Source: Clostridiales bacterium
GTDB lineage: Bacteria > Bacillota > Clostridia > Oscillospirales > CAG-272
Assembly (NCBI GenBank): GCA_012800735.1
Contig: JAAZIU010000039.1
Span: 7,469 to 71,468, forward strand
Direction of reading: 5' to 3'
DNA: 64,000 nt
Both the position numbers and the translations under genes were made by a program. The notes beneath the pieces were generated by a model. It saw nothing but the letters and a program-made list of their open reading frames with translations, was not told the origin of the DNA and made no database searches. The first letter of the stretch is position 1. Each line of letters begins with the position of its first letter. This document shows, piece by piece, positions 10,102 through 19,605 of this stretch.

Positions 10102-11568
10102 ATGAAAATAAAAATTATTTGCGCGCTTATGTGTATGCTCATTCTTTTATCCGCGGCATCCTGCGGCTCGAAAGACACACCCGACCCCGCCGTTACCGGT
10201 AATTCATCCGAAACAACCGCCGAAACCGCACCGGAGGAGACATCGCCTCCGCGAGCCGACTCGCTGCCGGAGATCTCGCTTGACGGAGAAAGCTATGTCA
10301 TGCTGCTTCGCGAGGAAAGGGCGTTTGAATTTTACGCCGAGGATACGGGAGATATAATCGACACCGCGGTTTACAACCGCGACCGTTCGATCGAGGAGCG
10401 CTTTGAATGTGAGATAAATTATGTCCTGAAACCCGGGCTCTGGGGCAGCGCGGCTGAATTTAAGAGCGTTATCCGCGGAGCCGTCATGTCGGGCGACGAC
10501 GCTTTCGATATCGTCACCGGTCAGAGCAATATAGTCCAGCCGCTGAATGTCGAAAAGTTATTCGTCAATCTGCTTGACATGGAATATATCGACCTTACAA
10601 AGCCTTATTGGCTCGAATCATATACCGAAGGCATAAATCTCAACGGCGAGGTGAATACCGTCGCCGGAGAATTTGCTCACTCGTCTTTTTCAAACGCCAA
10701 CGTTATCTATTTCAATAAAGCGATAATGGACGAAAACGGCATAACCTATCCCTATGAGGACGCGCTTAACGGCGCCTGGACACTCGATAAGTTCATCACT
10801 CTTGCCGAATCCGCAACAAAGGATCTAAACGGCGATGGAGTTTTGGACGGCACCGACATTCATGGCTACTGCTCATACGGAAACTATCTCCAACCCTTCT
10901 TTTCTTCCTGCGGACTTGAGTATACCGAAATCGGCGATGACGGAAGACGGACTCTCCGCGCTCCGGACGACCAGATGGTCGATGTCGCCGAACGCCTTAA
11001 TGCCTTCTGCCGCAGCGAACATTATATTAATTCCATAAAAGTATACGGCGCGGAGGACTCTCAGCTGATGGAGCAGTTCATGAACGGTAAATTCCTTTTC
11101 ATGGGCATGATGCTTGAGGGAACCGAGACGCTGCGTGAAATGGAGGTGGATTACGGTCTGCTTCCCTATCCGAAATACAACGAGGAACAGGAGCGATATT
11201 ACGACACTATCCTCCGGCGCTATACCGTCGCCGCCGTGCCGACGACCGCAAAGAATCCTAATAATTCCGCTTTGATTTTAGAGGCGCTTGCAAGCGAAGG
11301 TTACTCCGACATCCTCCCGAAGTATTACGAGATTGCGCTCAAAGACAAGTATATCAGAGACGAGGCTTCATCGAAAGTTTTAGACCTTATCCGCGAGTCA
11401 CTTTGGCTTGAATTTGTCGATTTGTACTATAATGATCTGGCTTTCAGCGATTTCTTCGCCGGATATGTGGAATCGTCATCGGGCGGCACCTTCGCCAGCT
11501 CCTATGAAAAAAACCGCAAGAGTTGGGAAGGGAAGATAGAAAAACTTTACGAATCTTTTGAAGGATAA
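10102..11568 (+). CDS. SBP-like lipoprotein, paralog 3 of 6
   Basis: ATG 10102 lies 7 nt after GGAG. Lipobox SAASC. Motifs IDTAVYNRDRSIEERFE, TKPYWL, NGAWTLDK, DLNGDGVLDGTDIHG, MEVDYGLLPYPKYNEEQERY, ALKDKYIRDEASSKVLDLI. Confidence 0.7.
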   Translation: MKIKIICALMCMLILLSAASCGSKDTPDPAVTGNSSETTAETAPEETSPPRADSLPEISLDGESYVMLLREERAFEFYAEDTGDIIDTAVYNRDRSIEERFECEINYVLKPGLWGSAAEFKSVIRGAVMSGDDAFDIVTGQSNIVQPLNVEKLFVNLLDMEYIDLTKPYWLESYTEGINLNGEVNTVAGEFAHSSFSNANVIYFNKAIMDENGITYPYEDALNGAWTLDKFITLAESATKDLNGDGVLDGTDIHGYCSYGNYLQPFFSSCGLEYTEIGDDGRRTLRAPDDQMVDVAERLNAFCRSEHYINSIKVYGAEDSQLMEQFMNGKFLFMGMMLEGTETLREMEVDYGLLPYPKYNEEQERYYDTILRRYTVAAVPTTAKNPNNSALILEALASEGYSDILPKYYEIALKDKYIRDEASSKVLDLIRESLWLEFVDLYYNDLAFSDFFAGYVESSSGGTFASSYEKNRKSWEGKIEKLYESFEG

Positions 11569-11587
11569 ACGCACATTTAAAAACACG

Positions 11588-11613
11588 GGCGGCTTAACAA
11601 AGCCGCCTTTATT
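11588..11613 (+). terminator. intrinsic terminator
   Basis: GGCGGCTT-AACA-AAGCCGCC hairpin followed by TTTATT. Confidence 0.7.
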
Positions 11614-11721
11614 GATTTAAGTCACACAGAGGATTTCAATGTCCCTTAATGTCCCTTATTGTTTTTTTCAAGCTATTCGAAACGATTCGAAAATATAATT
11701 CTAAAAAATTCCAAAATTCTA

Positions 11722-11750
11722 TTGACAATCAGAAATCGATGTGTTATAAT
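11722..11750 (+). promoter_or_regulatory. sigma-70-type promoter of the XRE/ImmA cassette
   Basis: TTGACA (11722-11727), 17-nt spacer, TGtTATAAT (11742-11750). Confidence 0.6.
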
Positions 11751-11818
11751 ATGAGCGTGAGTTCTAAAAAGTTAAAATCGAATGAGAGAAGGCAGAATAG
11801 CAATCAGGGGGACTGAAT

Positions 11819-12247
11819 ATGAAATTTGCGGAAAAAGTAAAATCAGCGAGAGCCGAGCTCGGTCTGACGCAAACCGAGCTCGGAGACAGAGTCGGCGTAT
11901 CTCTCAGAACCATACTATCGTATGAAAAGGGAGAAAAAAAGCCGAGGACATCAAACCTGCTTCGCCTCGCCGCGGCGCTTAACGTCTCAACCAGATTTCT
12001 GACGGACGACAATTGCAGCGATCCTATGGCGGATATATCAAAGGACGGCTATATCAGTCAGGCAAGAGAGAAATACTCCGGCATCGGCGCATCAGACGCC
12101 GAAGAACTGCTCGAGAATAACCGCGCGCTGTTCGCAGGAGGAGAGCTTGATCAGGAGGCGAAAGACGCCTTTTTCGAGGCGGTTATGCGGGCTTATATCG
12201 CCTGTAAAGACGAATCCGAAAAAAGATACGGCAAAAAGAAGCAATGA
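11819..12247 (+). CDS. XRE-family helix-turn-helix transcriptional regulator
   Basis: N-terminal HTH AELGLTQTELGDRVGVSLRTILSYEKGEKKP. GGGGGA RBS. Confidence 0.85.
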   Translation: MKFAEKVKSARAELGLTQTELGDRVGVSLRTILSYEKGEKKPRTSNLLRLAAALNVSTRFLTDDNCSDPMADISKDGYISQAREKYSGIGASDAEELLENNRALFAGGELDQEAKDAFFEAVMRAYIACKDESEKRYGKKKQ

Positions 12248-12250
12248 GAT

Positions 12251-12808
12251 ATGACATGTCAGAATATAATAGCCGTTGTTAAAGAACTGCGCGACAAATA
12301 CAAGACCGGCGACCCCGCGGAGCTTTGCCGCATGATGAATATCCTTCTTTTGAAACAGCCGATGGGAACCGGCGAGTCTTCGGTAAAGGGGTTTTTCGTC
12401 GAAAAATACCGTGTCAGGGCAATAACGCTGAATTCGGAACTTTCGCCGGAGTCTGCGCGTATCATAACGGCGCATGAACTGGGGCACGCGGTGCTGCACG
12501 GCGGCAGCGGTCTCGATTTGTACAGCGACGCGGATATATTCAGGCAGTCTTCACGGCTGGAGCGGGAAGCGAACCTGTTCGCAGCGGAGCTGCTGCTTTC
12601 CGACAGCGAGGTTTTGAGCACCCTTAACCGTGACAATTCTTTCTTTACCGCCGCGGCGGAACTGTTCGTTCCCGTTGAGCTGCTTGATTATAAGTTCCAT
12701 ATAATGCGAACCAAGGGCTATCATCTTGTCGCGCCGCCGATAACCGCCAGAAACAAATTTCTCAAGGATATGGAGGTCAAAGGGGATGACGGAGAGGAAG
12801 GTTGCTGA
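12251..12808 (+). CDS. ImmA/IrrE family metallo-endopeptidase
   Basis: HELGH zinc motif (AHELGHAVLH) followed by EREANLFAAELLL. Starts 3 nt after the XRE stop. Confidence 0.8.
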   Translation: MTCQNIIAVVKELRDKYKTGDPAELCRMMNILLLKQPMGTGESSVKGFFVEKYRVRAITLNSELSPESARIITAHELGHAVLHGGSGLDLYSDADIFRQSSRLEREANLFAAELLLSDSEVLSTLNRDNSFFTAAAELFVPVELLDYKFHIMRTKGYHLVAPPITARNKFLKDMEVKGDDGEEGC

Positions 12809-13109
12809 TTACAGCAAAATCGAAGAGAATAAAATCAAGGTTTATGTTGATGTCAAAGCCAGATTCACTCGGGAAGGGATGATGCTGCCGTTTGAGATTA
12901 CCTGGGAGAACGGCGTCAGATACCGAATCGACCGCGTAAAGGATATAAAGCGGGCGGCGTCGCTGAAAGCAGGCGGCACCGGCGACAGGTACACAATAGT
13001 GGTAAGGGGACAGCAGAGCTTCATCTGGTTCGAGCGCAGCGCGGTTCTTTCCGGCGTCAATATCGGCCGTTGGTTTGTCGAGCGCAAGATTCCCGCCCAA
13101 AGCGTATAA
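12786..13109 (+). CDS. hypothetical small protein (107 aa)
   Basis: GGAGG 10 nt upstream of the ATG. Overlaps the ImmA-like stop by 23 nt. No family recognised. Confidence 0.5.
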   Translation: MTERKVADYSKIEENKIKVYVDVKARFTREGMMLPFEITWENGVRYRIDRVKDIKRAASLKAGGTGDRYTIVVRGQQSFIWFERSAVLSGVNIGRWFVERKIPAQSV

Positions 13110-13266
13110 GCGTCGGGAGAGGGGAGTATATCGAGGCAATACCTTCCGCAGACAATTCACTTTTCCCGTCTTTAATTTGTCGCTTCAAAAGCGACCTATA
13201 AAAGCTCTTTCGGTGATATAATATACTCGCAAGCAAAAATATTATAACATCCGGGAGGGTAATTAA

Positions 13267-13914
13267 ATGAAAAAAGGACTTTGCGAAGTAGTATTCATCA
13301 TCGACCGCAGCGGCTCGATGGCGGGACTTGAAAGCGATACCGTCGGCGGCTTCAACGCGATGCTCAAAAAGCAGAAAAACACAGAGGGAACTGCGCTCGT
13401 TACAACGGTGCTTTTCAACCAAAAAAGCCACATTCTCCACGACAGACTCGACATAAGCGAAGTAAAACCGCTTACCGAAGATGATTACGAAGTCAGCGGC
13501 ACCACCGCGCTGCTCGATGCGATGGGCGGAACGATAACCCATATCTCAGGCGTGCATAAATACATCCGCGAGGAGGATCGGCCGGAGAATACCATCTTTG
13601 TCATAACAACCGACGGTATGGAAAACGCAAGCCGCGAATACTCAGCCGAGCAGGTGCGCCGCCTTATAACCAAGCAAAAAACCGAAGCCGGCTGGGAATT
13701 CATATTTTTAGGCGCAAATATCGACGCCGTCGAAACCGCATCCCGCTTCGGCATAGACAAAGACCATACGGCAGACTTCCACGCAGACGAAATCGGTATC
13801 GGAACTCAGTTTGAAGCGGTCGATGCGGCGGTTCGGTCGGTTCGTTCCTCAGGCAAAGTCAAAGGATGCTGGAAGAAAAGCGTCGATGCCGATTACAGAA
13901 GCCGCAAAGGTTAA
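13267..13914 (+). CDS. von Willebrand factor type A (vWA) domain protein
   Basis: MIDAS motif VVFIIDRSGSM. Also TALLDAMG and VITTDGMENAS. GGGAGGG RBS. Confidence 0.8.
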   Translation: MKKGLCEVVFIIDRSGSMAGLESDTVGGFNAMLKKQKNTEGTALVTTVLFNQKSHILHDRLDISEVKPLTEDDYEVSGTTALLDAMGGTITHISGVHKYIREEDRPENTIFVITTDGMENASREYSAEQVRRLITKQKTEAGWEFIFLGANIDAVETASRFGIDKDHTADFHADEIGIGTQFEAVDAAVRSVRSSGKVKGCWKKSVDADYRSRKG

Positions 13915-13930
13915 TAAACAACAAATAAAT

Positions 13931-13968
13931 CAACCGGAAAGCAAATTAAAGCTTTCCGGTTGATTTAT
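13931..13968 (+). terminator. intrinsic terminator
   Basis: Perfect 12-bp stem CAACCGGAAAGC / GCTTTCCGGTTG followed by ATTTATT. Confidence 0.7.
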
Positions 13969-14025
13969 TGTGCAAATATCGTATTATTTCATGAATTTTC
14001 ACTTCGGTTTTGGTTATCTGCCATC

Positions 14026-14054
14026 TTTACAATACTTGATAAAGATGATATAAT
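14026..14054 (+). promoter_or_regulatory. sigma-70-type promoter
   Basis: TTTACA (14026-14031), 17-nt spacer, TGaTATAAT (14046-14054). Confidence 0.55.
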
Positions 14055-14106
14055 AAAGTGTAACGGAATATTCTGTATTATTTTTAATAACAGAGGACGG
14101 CTCATC

Positions 14107-15132
14107 ATGAAAAATCAAAGTATCGTATTCACCGCTCCGAATACGGCTCAGCTGCTCGAAGGTGAACTTGACGGCGGACTTACCGGCAATCAGGCGCTGA
14201 TAAAAACGCTTTACTCGGCAATTTCCGCCGGCACTGAGCGGGATAATCTCCGCGGAGAACCCAATCTTAACGGGCTCCGAATAGTCGAAACCACCTTTCC
14301 GCGCCGGCTCGGCTATTCAAGTTCCGGCGAGGTGCTCGAAGTCGGTCCGGAATGTAAAAAGTTGAAAAAGGGTGACAAGGTAATTGTCTGCTACGGCAGC
14401 CACAGCCGTTATCAGAAGCTCCCCGAAACCAGCCTTTTCCCGATACTGTATGAAGAAATCACAACTCAGCAAGCGGCGCTGTTTATGATAGGCAGCTTTC
14501 CGATGGAAGGAGTGCGAAAGACCCGGCTTGAGATAGGCGAATCAGCTATGGTGTCGGGACTCGGCATCCTCGGACTTTTCGCCGTTCAATTCTGCCGCGC
14601 TGCCGGAGCTGTGCCTGTAATCGCCGTCGATCCGGATTCGGAACGCAGGGAACTTGCTCTTTCGCTCGGCGCAGACTTCGCCGTCGACCCGACGGGAATC
14701 GACTTGCCGGAAAAAATTCGCAGTCTGACGGGGAAGGACGGCGTCAACGTCGCGATTGATGTTTCCGGACGAAATGAAGCTACAATCGATTCGATGCGCA
14801 GCCTCGATTGGTACGGCCGCATCACCTTGCTCGGCTGCAACCGCCATCCCGGAGTTTACGACTTGTATCACTTAGTCCACGCCCGCGGTATTGAAGTGAT
14901 CGGAGCGAACAATATGTCTCGTCCAAAATTTGAATCCCGCCCCGGCTGCTGGACAATGGAGGACGATGTAAACGCAATACAGCGGCTGGCGCACGGCGGC
15001 AGAATAAAGCTTGAACCGCTGATAAACGAAATCAATTCTCCCGAAGACGCGCCGCAAGTTTTCGCAAGGCTTGCCGCCTGCGGCAAGTTCCCGATAGGAG
15101 TTCTCTTTGATTGGCAGAGGCTTGGGGAGTAA
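14107..15132 (+). CDS. MDR-superfamily (zinc-type) alcohol/sugar dehydrogenase
   Basis: ATG 14107 follows GAGGAC. SAGTERDN motif. Nucleotide-binding VSGLGILGLFAVQF. The upstream part of ORF 13960.. is AT-rich promoter DNA. Confidence 0.7.
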   Translation: MKNQSIVFTAPNTAQLLEGELDGGLTGNQALIKTLYSAISAGTERDNLRGEPNLNGLRIVETTFPRRLGYSSSGEVLEVGPECKKLKKGDKVIVCYGSHSRYQKLPETSLFPILYEEITTQQAALFMIGSFPMEGVRKTRLEIGESAMVSGLGILGLFAVQFCRAAGAVPVIAVDPDSERRELALSLGADFAVDPTGIDLPEKIRSLTGKDGVNVAIDVSGRNEATIDSMRSLDWYGRITLLGCNRHPGVYDLYHLVHARGIEVIGANNMSRPKFESRPGCWTMEDDVNAIQRLAHGGRIKLEPLINEINSPEDAPQVFARLAACGKFPIGVLFDWQRLGE

Positions 15133-15191
15133 GAAATAAACAACTGAGTTAATCTGATTATATTAAAACAAAATATCACTGGAGGATTCAA

Positions 15192-16691
15192 ATGAAAAAT
15201 TTCAGGGCTTTAACAGCGCTTACGCTATGTGTTCTGTTGTTTTTTGCGGCAGCTTGTTCCGATAAAGCTGAGACAGCTCAGACAGCGGTATTAAACGATG
15301 AGCCGGATATTAAAGAAACAACGGCAGAAAGCACCGGCGTTTCCGACTCACTTCCGCCCGATCTTGATTTCGGCGGCGAAACCGTCACTTTCTATTATCG
15401 CGAAGAGGTTTCCGACGAATTTTACGCAAAAACGGAAAACGGCGACATAGTAAACGACGCGCTTTATAAAAGTATGCTCAATGTCGAAGAAAGACTGAAC
15501 GTCAACATCGATGTCGTATTGAGAAAAGGACACTATATCGAATCGCGTCAGGAATACATGGACAATATAACCAAATCGGTTGTCGCAGGAGAAGATCTTT
15601 ACGATTTTGTCGACCTGATGATAGGCAACGCGACTTTGATGATGCAGAACGGCATATTCGCAAATCTCTTGAATAATAAATACATTGACCTTTCAAAGCC
15701 CTGGTATATCCCGGATATGGAAAATACCGTCGGGCTTGATAACCGGCTCTATTTCATCTCTGGCGACGCCTCTCTCGGATATCTGAAATGCGCTTTCTGC
15801 TGCTATTATAATAAGCAGATGGCGGACAACTATGGCATTGAGGGTCTTGAAAAAACCGTCGAGGACGGAAAATGGACACTGGATAAGCTGATGGAGCTTT
15901 CGCAAACCGTTTCCGAGGATTTAAACTCCGACGGCAAATACAACCTTGACGACCGCCTCGGATTTGTGATACATGACTCGAACCATCCGAAAGCCTTTAT
16001 ATCTTCCTGCGGGATAAATCTTTACGAAAAGGAAGACGGAGAGTGGAAAGTCGATTTATTAAACGAACGTTCGGCCGCCGTGGTAGATAAAATATATCAG
16101 CTTAAAAAAGAAACCGACGGCGTCTTTTTTCTCAAAAGCACGAACGCTTTTTCAGACCACGCCGAATATGATAGCTTTACGTCGAAGTTTATAGGCGGCG
16201 AAATCCTTGTTATGTCCGCCGAGCTTGACGATTCCGTTTCCCAGCTCAGAGATATGGACGATCCGTTCGGTATCCTGCCTTTTCCGAAATATAATGAAGA
16301 GCAGCCATCATATCATACCTCAAGCCGCAACACACAAAACTCATTTTCAATGCCGATAACCTGTTCCGATCCCGATATGGCGGGAGCGGTCATGGAGGCG
16401 CTGTCCTGCGATAAATATAACCGAGTTCTGCCGGAATATTTTGAAATCGCGCTTAAAACAAAATACATCCGCGATTCCGAATCGGCAAAAATGTATGACC
16501 TTATCAGAAGCACAATGGTACTTGATTTCGGGTATACATACGCAAACGCAATCGGCAGCCCCGATTGGCTTGTGCTTTCTTGTTTCGACAAGCAGGGACA
16601 ATTCGCTTCTTCTGCCGAGAAAAACCAGAAAAAGCTGGATCAGCTGCTCGAAAAATACATAACATCGATAAAAGAAAGCTGTCCGGAGTGA
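15192..16691 (+). CDS. SBP-like lipoprotein, paralog 4 of 6
   Basis: Lipobox FAAAC. Motifs VNDALYKSMLNVEERLN, SKPWYI, DGKWTLDK, DLNSDGKYNLDDRLG, MDDPFGILPFPKYNEEQPSY, ALKTKYIRDSESAKMYDLI. Confidence 0.7.
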   Translation: MKNFRALTALTLCVLLFFAAACSDKAETAQTAVLNDEPDIKETTAESTGVSDSLPPDLDFGGETVTFYYREEVSDEFYAKTENGDIVNDALYKSMLNVEERLNVNIDVVLRKGHYIESRQEYMDNITKSVVAGEDLYDFVDLMIGNATLMMQNGIFANLLNNKYIDLSKPWYIPDMENTVGLDNRLYFISGDASLGYLKCAFCCYYNKQMADNYGIEGLEKTVEDGKWTLDKLMELSQTVSEDLNSDGKYNLDDRLGFVIHDSNHPKAFISSCGINLYEKEDGEWKVDLLNERSAAVVDKIYQLKKETDGVFFLKSTNAFSDHAEYDSFTSKFIGGEILVMSAELDDSVSQLRDMDDPFGILPFPKYNEEQPSYHTSSRNTQNSFSMPITCSDPDMAGAVMEALSCDKYNRVLPEYFEIALKTKYIRDSESAKMYDLIRSTMVLDFGYTYANAIGSPDWLVLSCFDKQGQFASSAEKNQKKLDQLLEKYITSIKESCPE

Positions 16692-16726
16692 GATAAAATA
16701 AAAATGGAGAAGATAAGAGGATAATA

Positions 16727-17530
16727 ATGAGAGATAAAAAAACACACCGGAAATTCTTAGTCTCGGGACGTCCGACGCTCTGCGTTATGATAAAATCCCG
16801 CGTGACGGCGGATATCATACGCGACATAAAGCTCGCGATTGAAGAAGGCTGCGACGCCTTCGGACTTCAGATCGAATCAATGTCGCCGGAATGTAAAACC
16901 AAAAGCGATTTTTGCGACATCTTCGATGCTATGGAAGACAAACCGGCGTATGTCACCGATTACACACGGGGCTGTACCAAAAGCGCAGCCGATGACGAGT
17001 ATCTCGCCGAGGAGCTGATTTTAGCTCTCGAATGCGGCGGCGACCTTATCGATATCAGAGGAGATATGTTCTATCCCACTCCCGGCGAGATGACATTCAA
17101 CCCTTTGGCAGTAGAAAAGCAGATTAGCCTCATAAAAGAAATACATAAGCTGGGCGGAGAAGCGCTTATGTCAAGCCATGTCATGAAATTCATCAAGACC
17201 GATGAGGTCCTTGAAATCGCGCGGGAACAGCGCAGGCGCGGCGCTGATATTGCAAAAATCGTTACCGCCGCCAACACCGAAAGTGAACTGCTTGAAAATT
17301 TAAGAACCTCGACCTATCTTAAAGATAAACTCGGCATCCCCTCGCTTTTCCTGTGCGGCGGCAGCGCCTGTCGTAAGCATCGTCTGTTAGGTCCGACAAT
17401 AGGCTCGGATATATTCTTAGTCGTTCAGGAAAGCGTCAACAGCGCCGAAGCTCAGCCGAAGCTCAAAGATGCAAAGCGCCTGCTTCTGATGATGAATTAT
17501 AAAAATATTCCGGGAGAGAAAAATATATGA
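16727..17530 (+). CDS. type I 3-dehydroquinate dehydratase-like protein
   Basis: SSHVMKFIKT (His region) and GADIAKIVTAAN (Schiff-base Lys region) resemble AroD. The gene is in a non-aro context. Confidence 0.55.
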   Translation: MRDKKTHRKFLVSGRPTLCVMIKSRVTADIIRDIKLAIEEGCDAFGLQIESMSPECKTKSDFCDIFDAMEDKPAYVTDYTRGCTKSAADDEYLAEELILALECGGDLIDIRGDMFYPTPGEMTFNPLAVEKQISLIKEIHKLGGEALMSSHVMKFIKTDEVLEIAREQRRRGADIAKIVTAANTESELLENLRTSTYLKDKLGIPSLFLCGGSACRKHRLLGPTIGSDIFLVVQESVNSAEAQPKLKDAKRLLLMMNYKNIPGEKNI

Positions 17531-18519
17531 AAGCGATAATAGTAAACCCCGATAAATCCCTGTCGTGGAAAGATGTCGGACAGCTCACCGTAAATGACAA
17601 CGAGGTGCTTATAAAAACATCTTACGCCGCCGTCAATCGCGCCGACCTTATGCAGCGAGAGGGCAACTACCCGCCGCCTGCCGGAGCGCCCGAATGGATG
17701 GGACTTGAAGTATCCGGTATCATCACTGAAATTGGAAAAGAAGCCGCGGAAAAATCAGACTGGCGCATCGGTGACAGAGTCTGCACCCTTTTAGGCGGCG
17801 GCGGTTACGCGGAATATGTGGCGGTAAGATACGACCACCTGCTTCCGATACCAAAAGGGCTTACGATGGCGGAAGCCGCCGTCCTCCCGGAGGTATATAC
17901 TACCGCATACCTGAACTTGTTTATAGAAGGCAAAGCTAAACCCGGCGAAACGCTGCTTATGAATGCGGGCGCGAGCGGGCTTGCGTCAGCCGTTATTCCG
18001 ATGGCAAAATCCTTTGGTCTTTATGTTATAACCACCGTCCGCAGAAGCGAATCGGCTGAAAAAATAAAAAACTTAGGCGCGGACAGAATAGTAGATACCT
18101 CATCCGAAGATATCACAGCCGTTCTCGCCGAATACGAAGCCGCAGGACAGCCGGTTGATATAGCCATCGATTGTTTAGGCGGCGAAATAATGGGCAGCTG
18201 CCTTAACCATATGGCTCACGGCGGCAGATGGATAATGATCGCCTCCCTCGCCGGTGAAAAGTCTGAGGTGGATTTAAGAACCATATTCAGAAAGAACCTC
18301 AGAATAATCGGCAGCACTCTCAGGTCGAGGACGAATGAGTTCAAAGCTGAGCTGCTTAAAAAGCTGGCGGAGGATGTCTGGCCGCTCCTTGAAAGCAAAG
18401 AAATCACCACGTCAATTTATAAGATACTTCCGATAGAAGAGACGGACGCCGCCCATAAGATTCTCAAAGACGGCGGACACATCGGCAAAGTCGTACTTTC
18501 GGTAAGCGGGGAGGAATGA
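17527..18519 (+). CDS. NAD(P)H quinone oxidoreductase, PIG3/zeta-crystallin-type MDR
   Basis: AAVNRADLMQREGNYPPPAGAPEWMGLEVSG and NAGASGLASAVI. ATGA overlap with the upstream gene. Confidence 0.75.
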   Translation: MKAIIVNPDKSLSWKDVGQLTVNDNEVLIKTSYAAVNRADLMQREGNYPPPAGAPEWMGLEVSGIITEIGKEAAEKSDWRIGDRVCTLLGGGGYAEYVAVRYDHLLPIPKGLTMAEAAVLPEVYTTAYLNLFIEGKAKPGETLLMNAGASGLASAVIPMAKSFGLYVITTVRRSESAEKIKNLGADRIVDTSSEDITAVLAEYEAAGQPVDIAIDCLGGEIMGSCLNHMAHGGRWIMIASLAGEKSEVDLRTIFRKNLRIIGSTLRSRTNEFKAELLKKLAEDVWPLLESKEITTSIYKILPIEETDAAHKILKDGGHIGKVVLSVSGEE

Positions 18520-19517
18520 AAATGTCAAAAAAAGTATTAGTTTTAGGCGGAACCGGCGCAATGGGAGTATATCTCGTACCGATGCTTGCCGATATGGGGT
18601 ATAAAGTCGATGTTGTCTCGCTTGACAGCGGAGAATCCTCAAACCCGAATATCAAATACATAAAAGCAGAGAACGCCAAGGACCCGGCTTATATCGCGGA
18701 GCTTCTGAAAAACGATTACGACGGCATAGTCGATTTTCTGATTTACGGCACCGCGGAGTTTAAGGAAAAATACCGCCGTCTCCTCGAAAACACCGGACAC
18801 TACATCTATCTTTCATCCTATCGGGTATATGCAAATGAAGAACATCCGATAAAGGAGACATCTCCGAGACTGCTTGATGTCATAAAAGAAGAACCTTTCA
18901 TCAGCTCGGAAGATTATTCGCTGTATAAAGCTCGCGGCGAGGAAGTATTGAAGGCGTCGGAATTTGCCAACTGGACGGCGATTCGACCGGCGATAACTTA
19001 TTCAAAACGCCGGTTTCAGCTTGTAACGCTTGAAGCAAACGTAATAATCGAACGAGCAAGGCACGGAAAAACAGTGCTGCTCCCGCGCCAGGCGATGGAT
19101 GTTCAGGCAACGATGAGCTGGGCGGGAGACGTCGCTAAAATGATATCAAGACTGCTTTTCAACGACGCGACAAAACGGGAAACATATACCGTCGCAACCG
19201 CCGAGCATAACCCGTGGCGGGTCGTCGCGGATTATTACAACGAGCATATCGGACTTAAATACGAGGAAGTCGACAAAGAAGATTACATTTCCTTTATCTC
19301 CCCGGATAAAAACCTTCATGTGCGCTGGCAGCTTGAATATGACCGTATGTTCGACCGCATCATAGACAATTCCAAGATACTTAATATAACCGGGATGAAG
19401 CAGTCAGAACTTATGCCGCTGCGCGAAGGTCTTAAAAGAGAACTCGCCGCTCTTCCGGCAGACGCCTTTACCGCGCAGAGTGATACAAGCAAAAACATGG
19501 ATAAGTTCCTTGAATAA
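18516..19517 (+). CDS. NAD-dependent epimerase/dehydratase (extended SDR / NmrA-like)
   Basis: VLVLGGTGAMGVYLV Rossmann motif. ATGA overlap with the upstream gene. Confidence 0.65.
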   Translation: MKMSKKVLVLGGTGAMGVYLVPMLADMGYKVDVVSLDSGESSNPNIKYIKAENAKDPAYIAELLKNDYDGIVDFLIYGTAEFKEKYRRLLENTGHYIYLSSYRVYANEEHPIKETSPRLLDVIKEEPFISSEDYSLYKARGEEVLKASEFANWTAIRPAITYSKRRFQLVTLEANVIIERARHGKTVLLPRQAMDVQATMSWAGDVAKMISRLLFNDATKRETYTVATAEHNPWRVVADYYNEHIGLKYEEVDKEDYISFISPDKNLHVRWQLEYDRMFDRIIDNSKILNITGMKQSELMPLREGLKRELAALPADAFTAQSDTSKNMDKFLE

Positions 19518-19605
19518 TAGTTCAAGAGAAAAGTATAAGTTTATTTCCGCTTTAATTATGTTATAATGAACTACCAGAAATACCGGACAACAAGGAGACA
19601 TAGAT

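Noticed and set aside
11722-13914. XRE/ImmA cassette read as a prophage or ICE remnant
   Set aside because: No integrase, recombinase, excisionase, att-like direct repeats or phage/conjugation genes flank it. It sits between ordinary terminators inside the glycan locus.
13960-14106. N-terminal 49-codon extension of the MDR dehydrogenase ORF
   Set aside because: The region is AT-rich, contains a good promoter (14026-14054), and the internal ATG 14107 has an RBS. The extension has no protein-like features.
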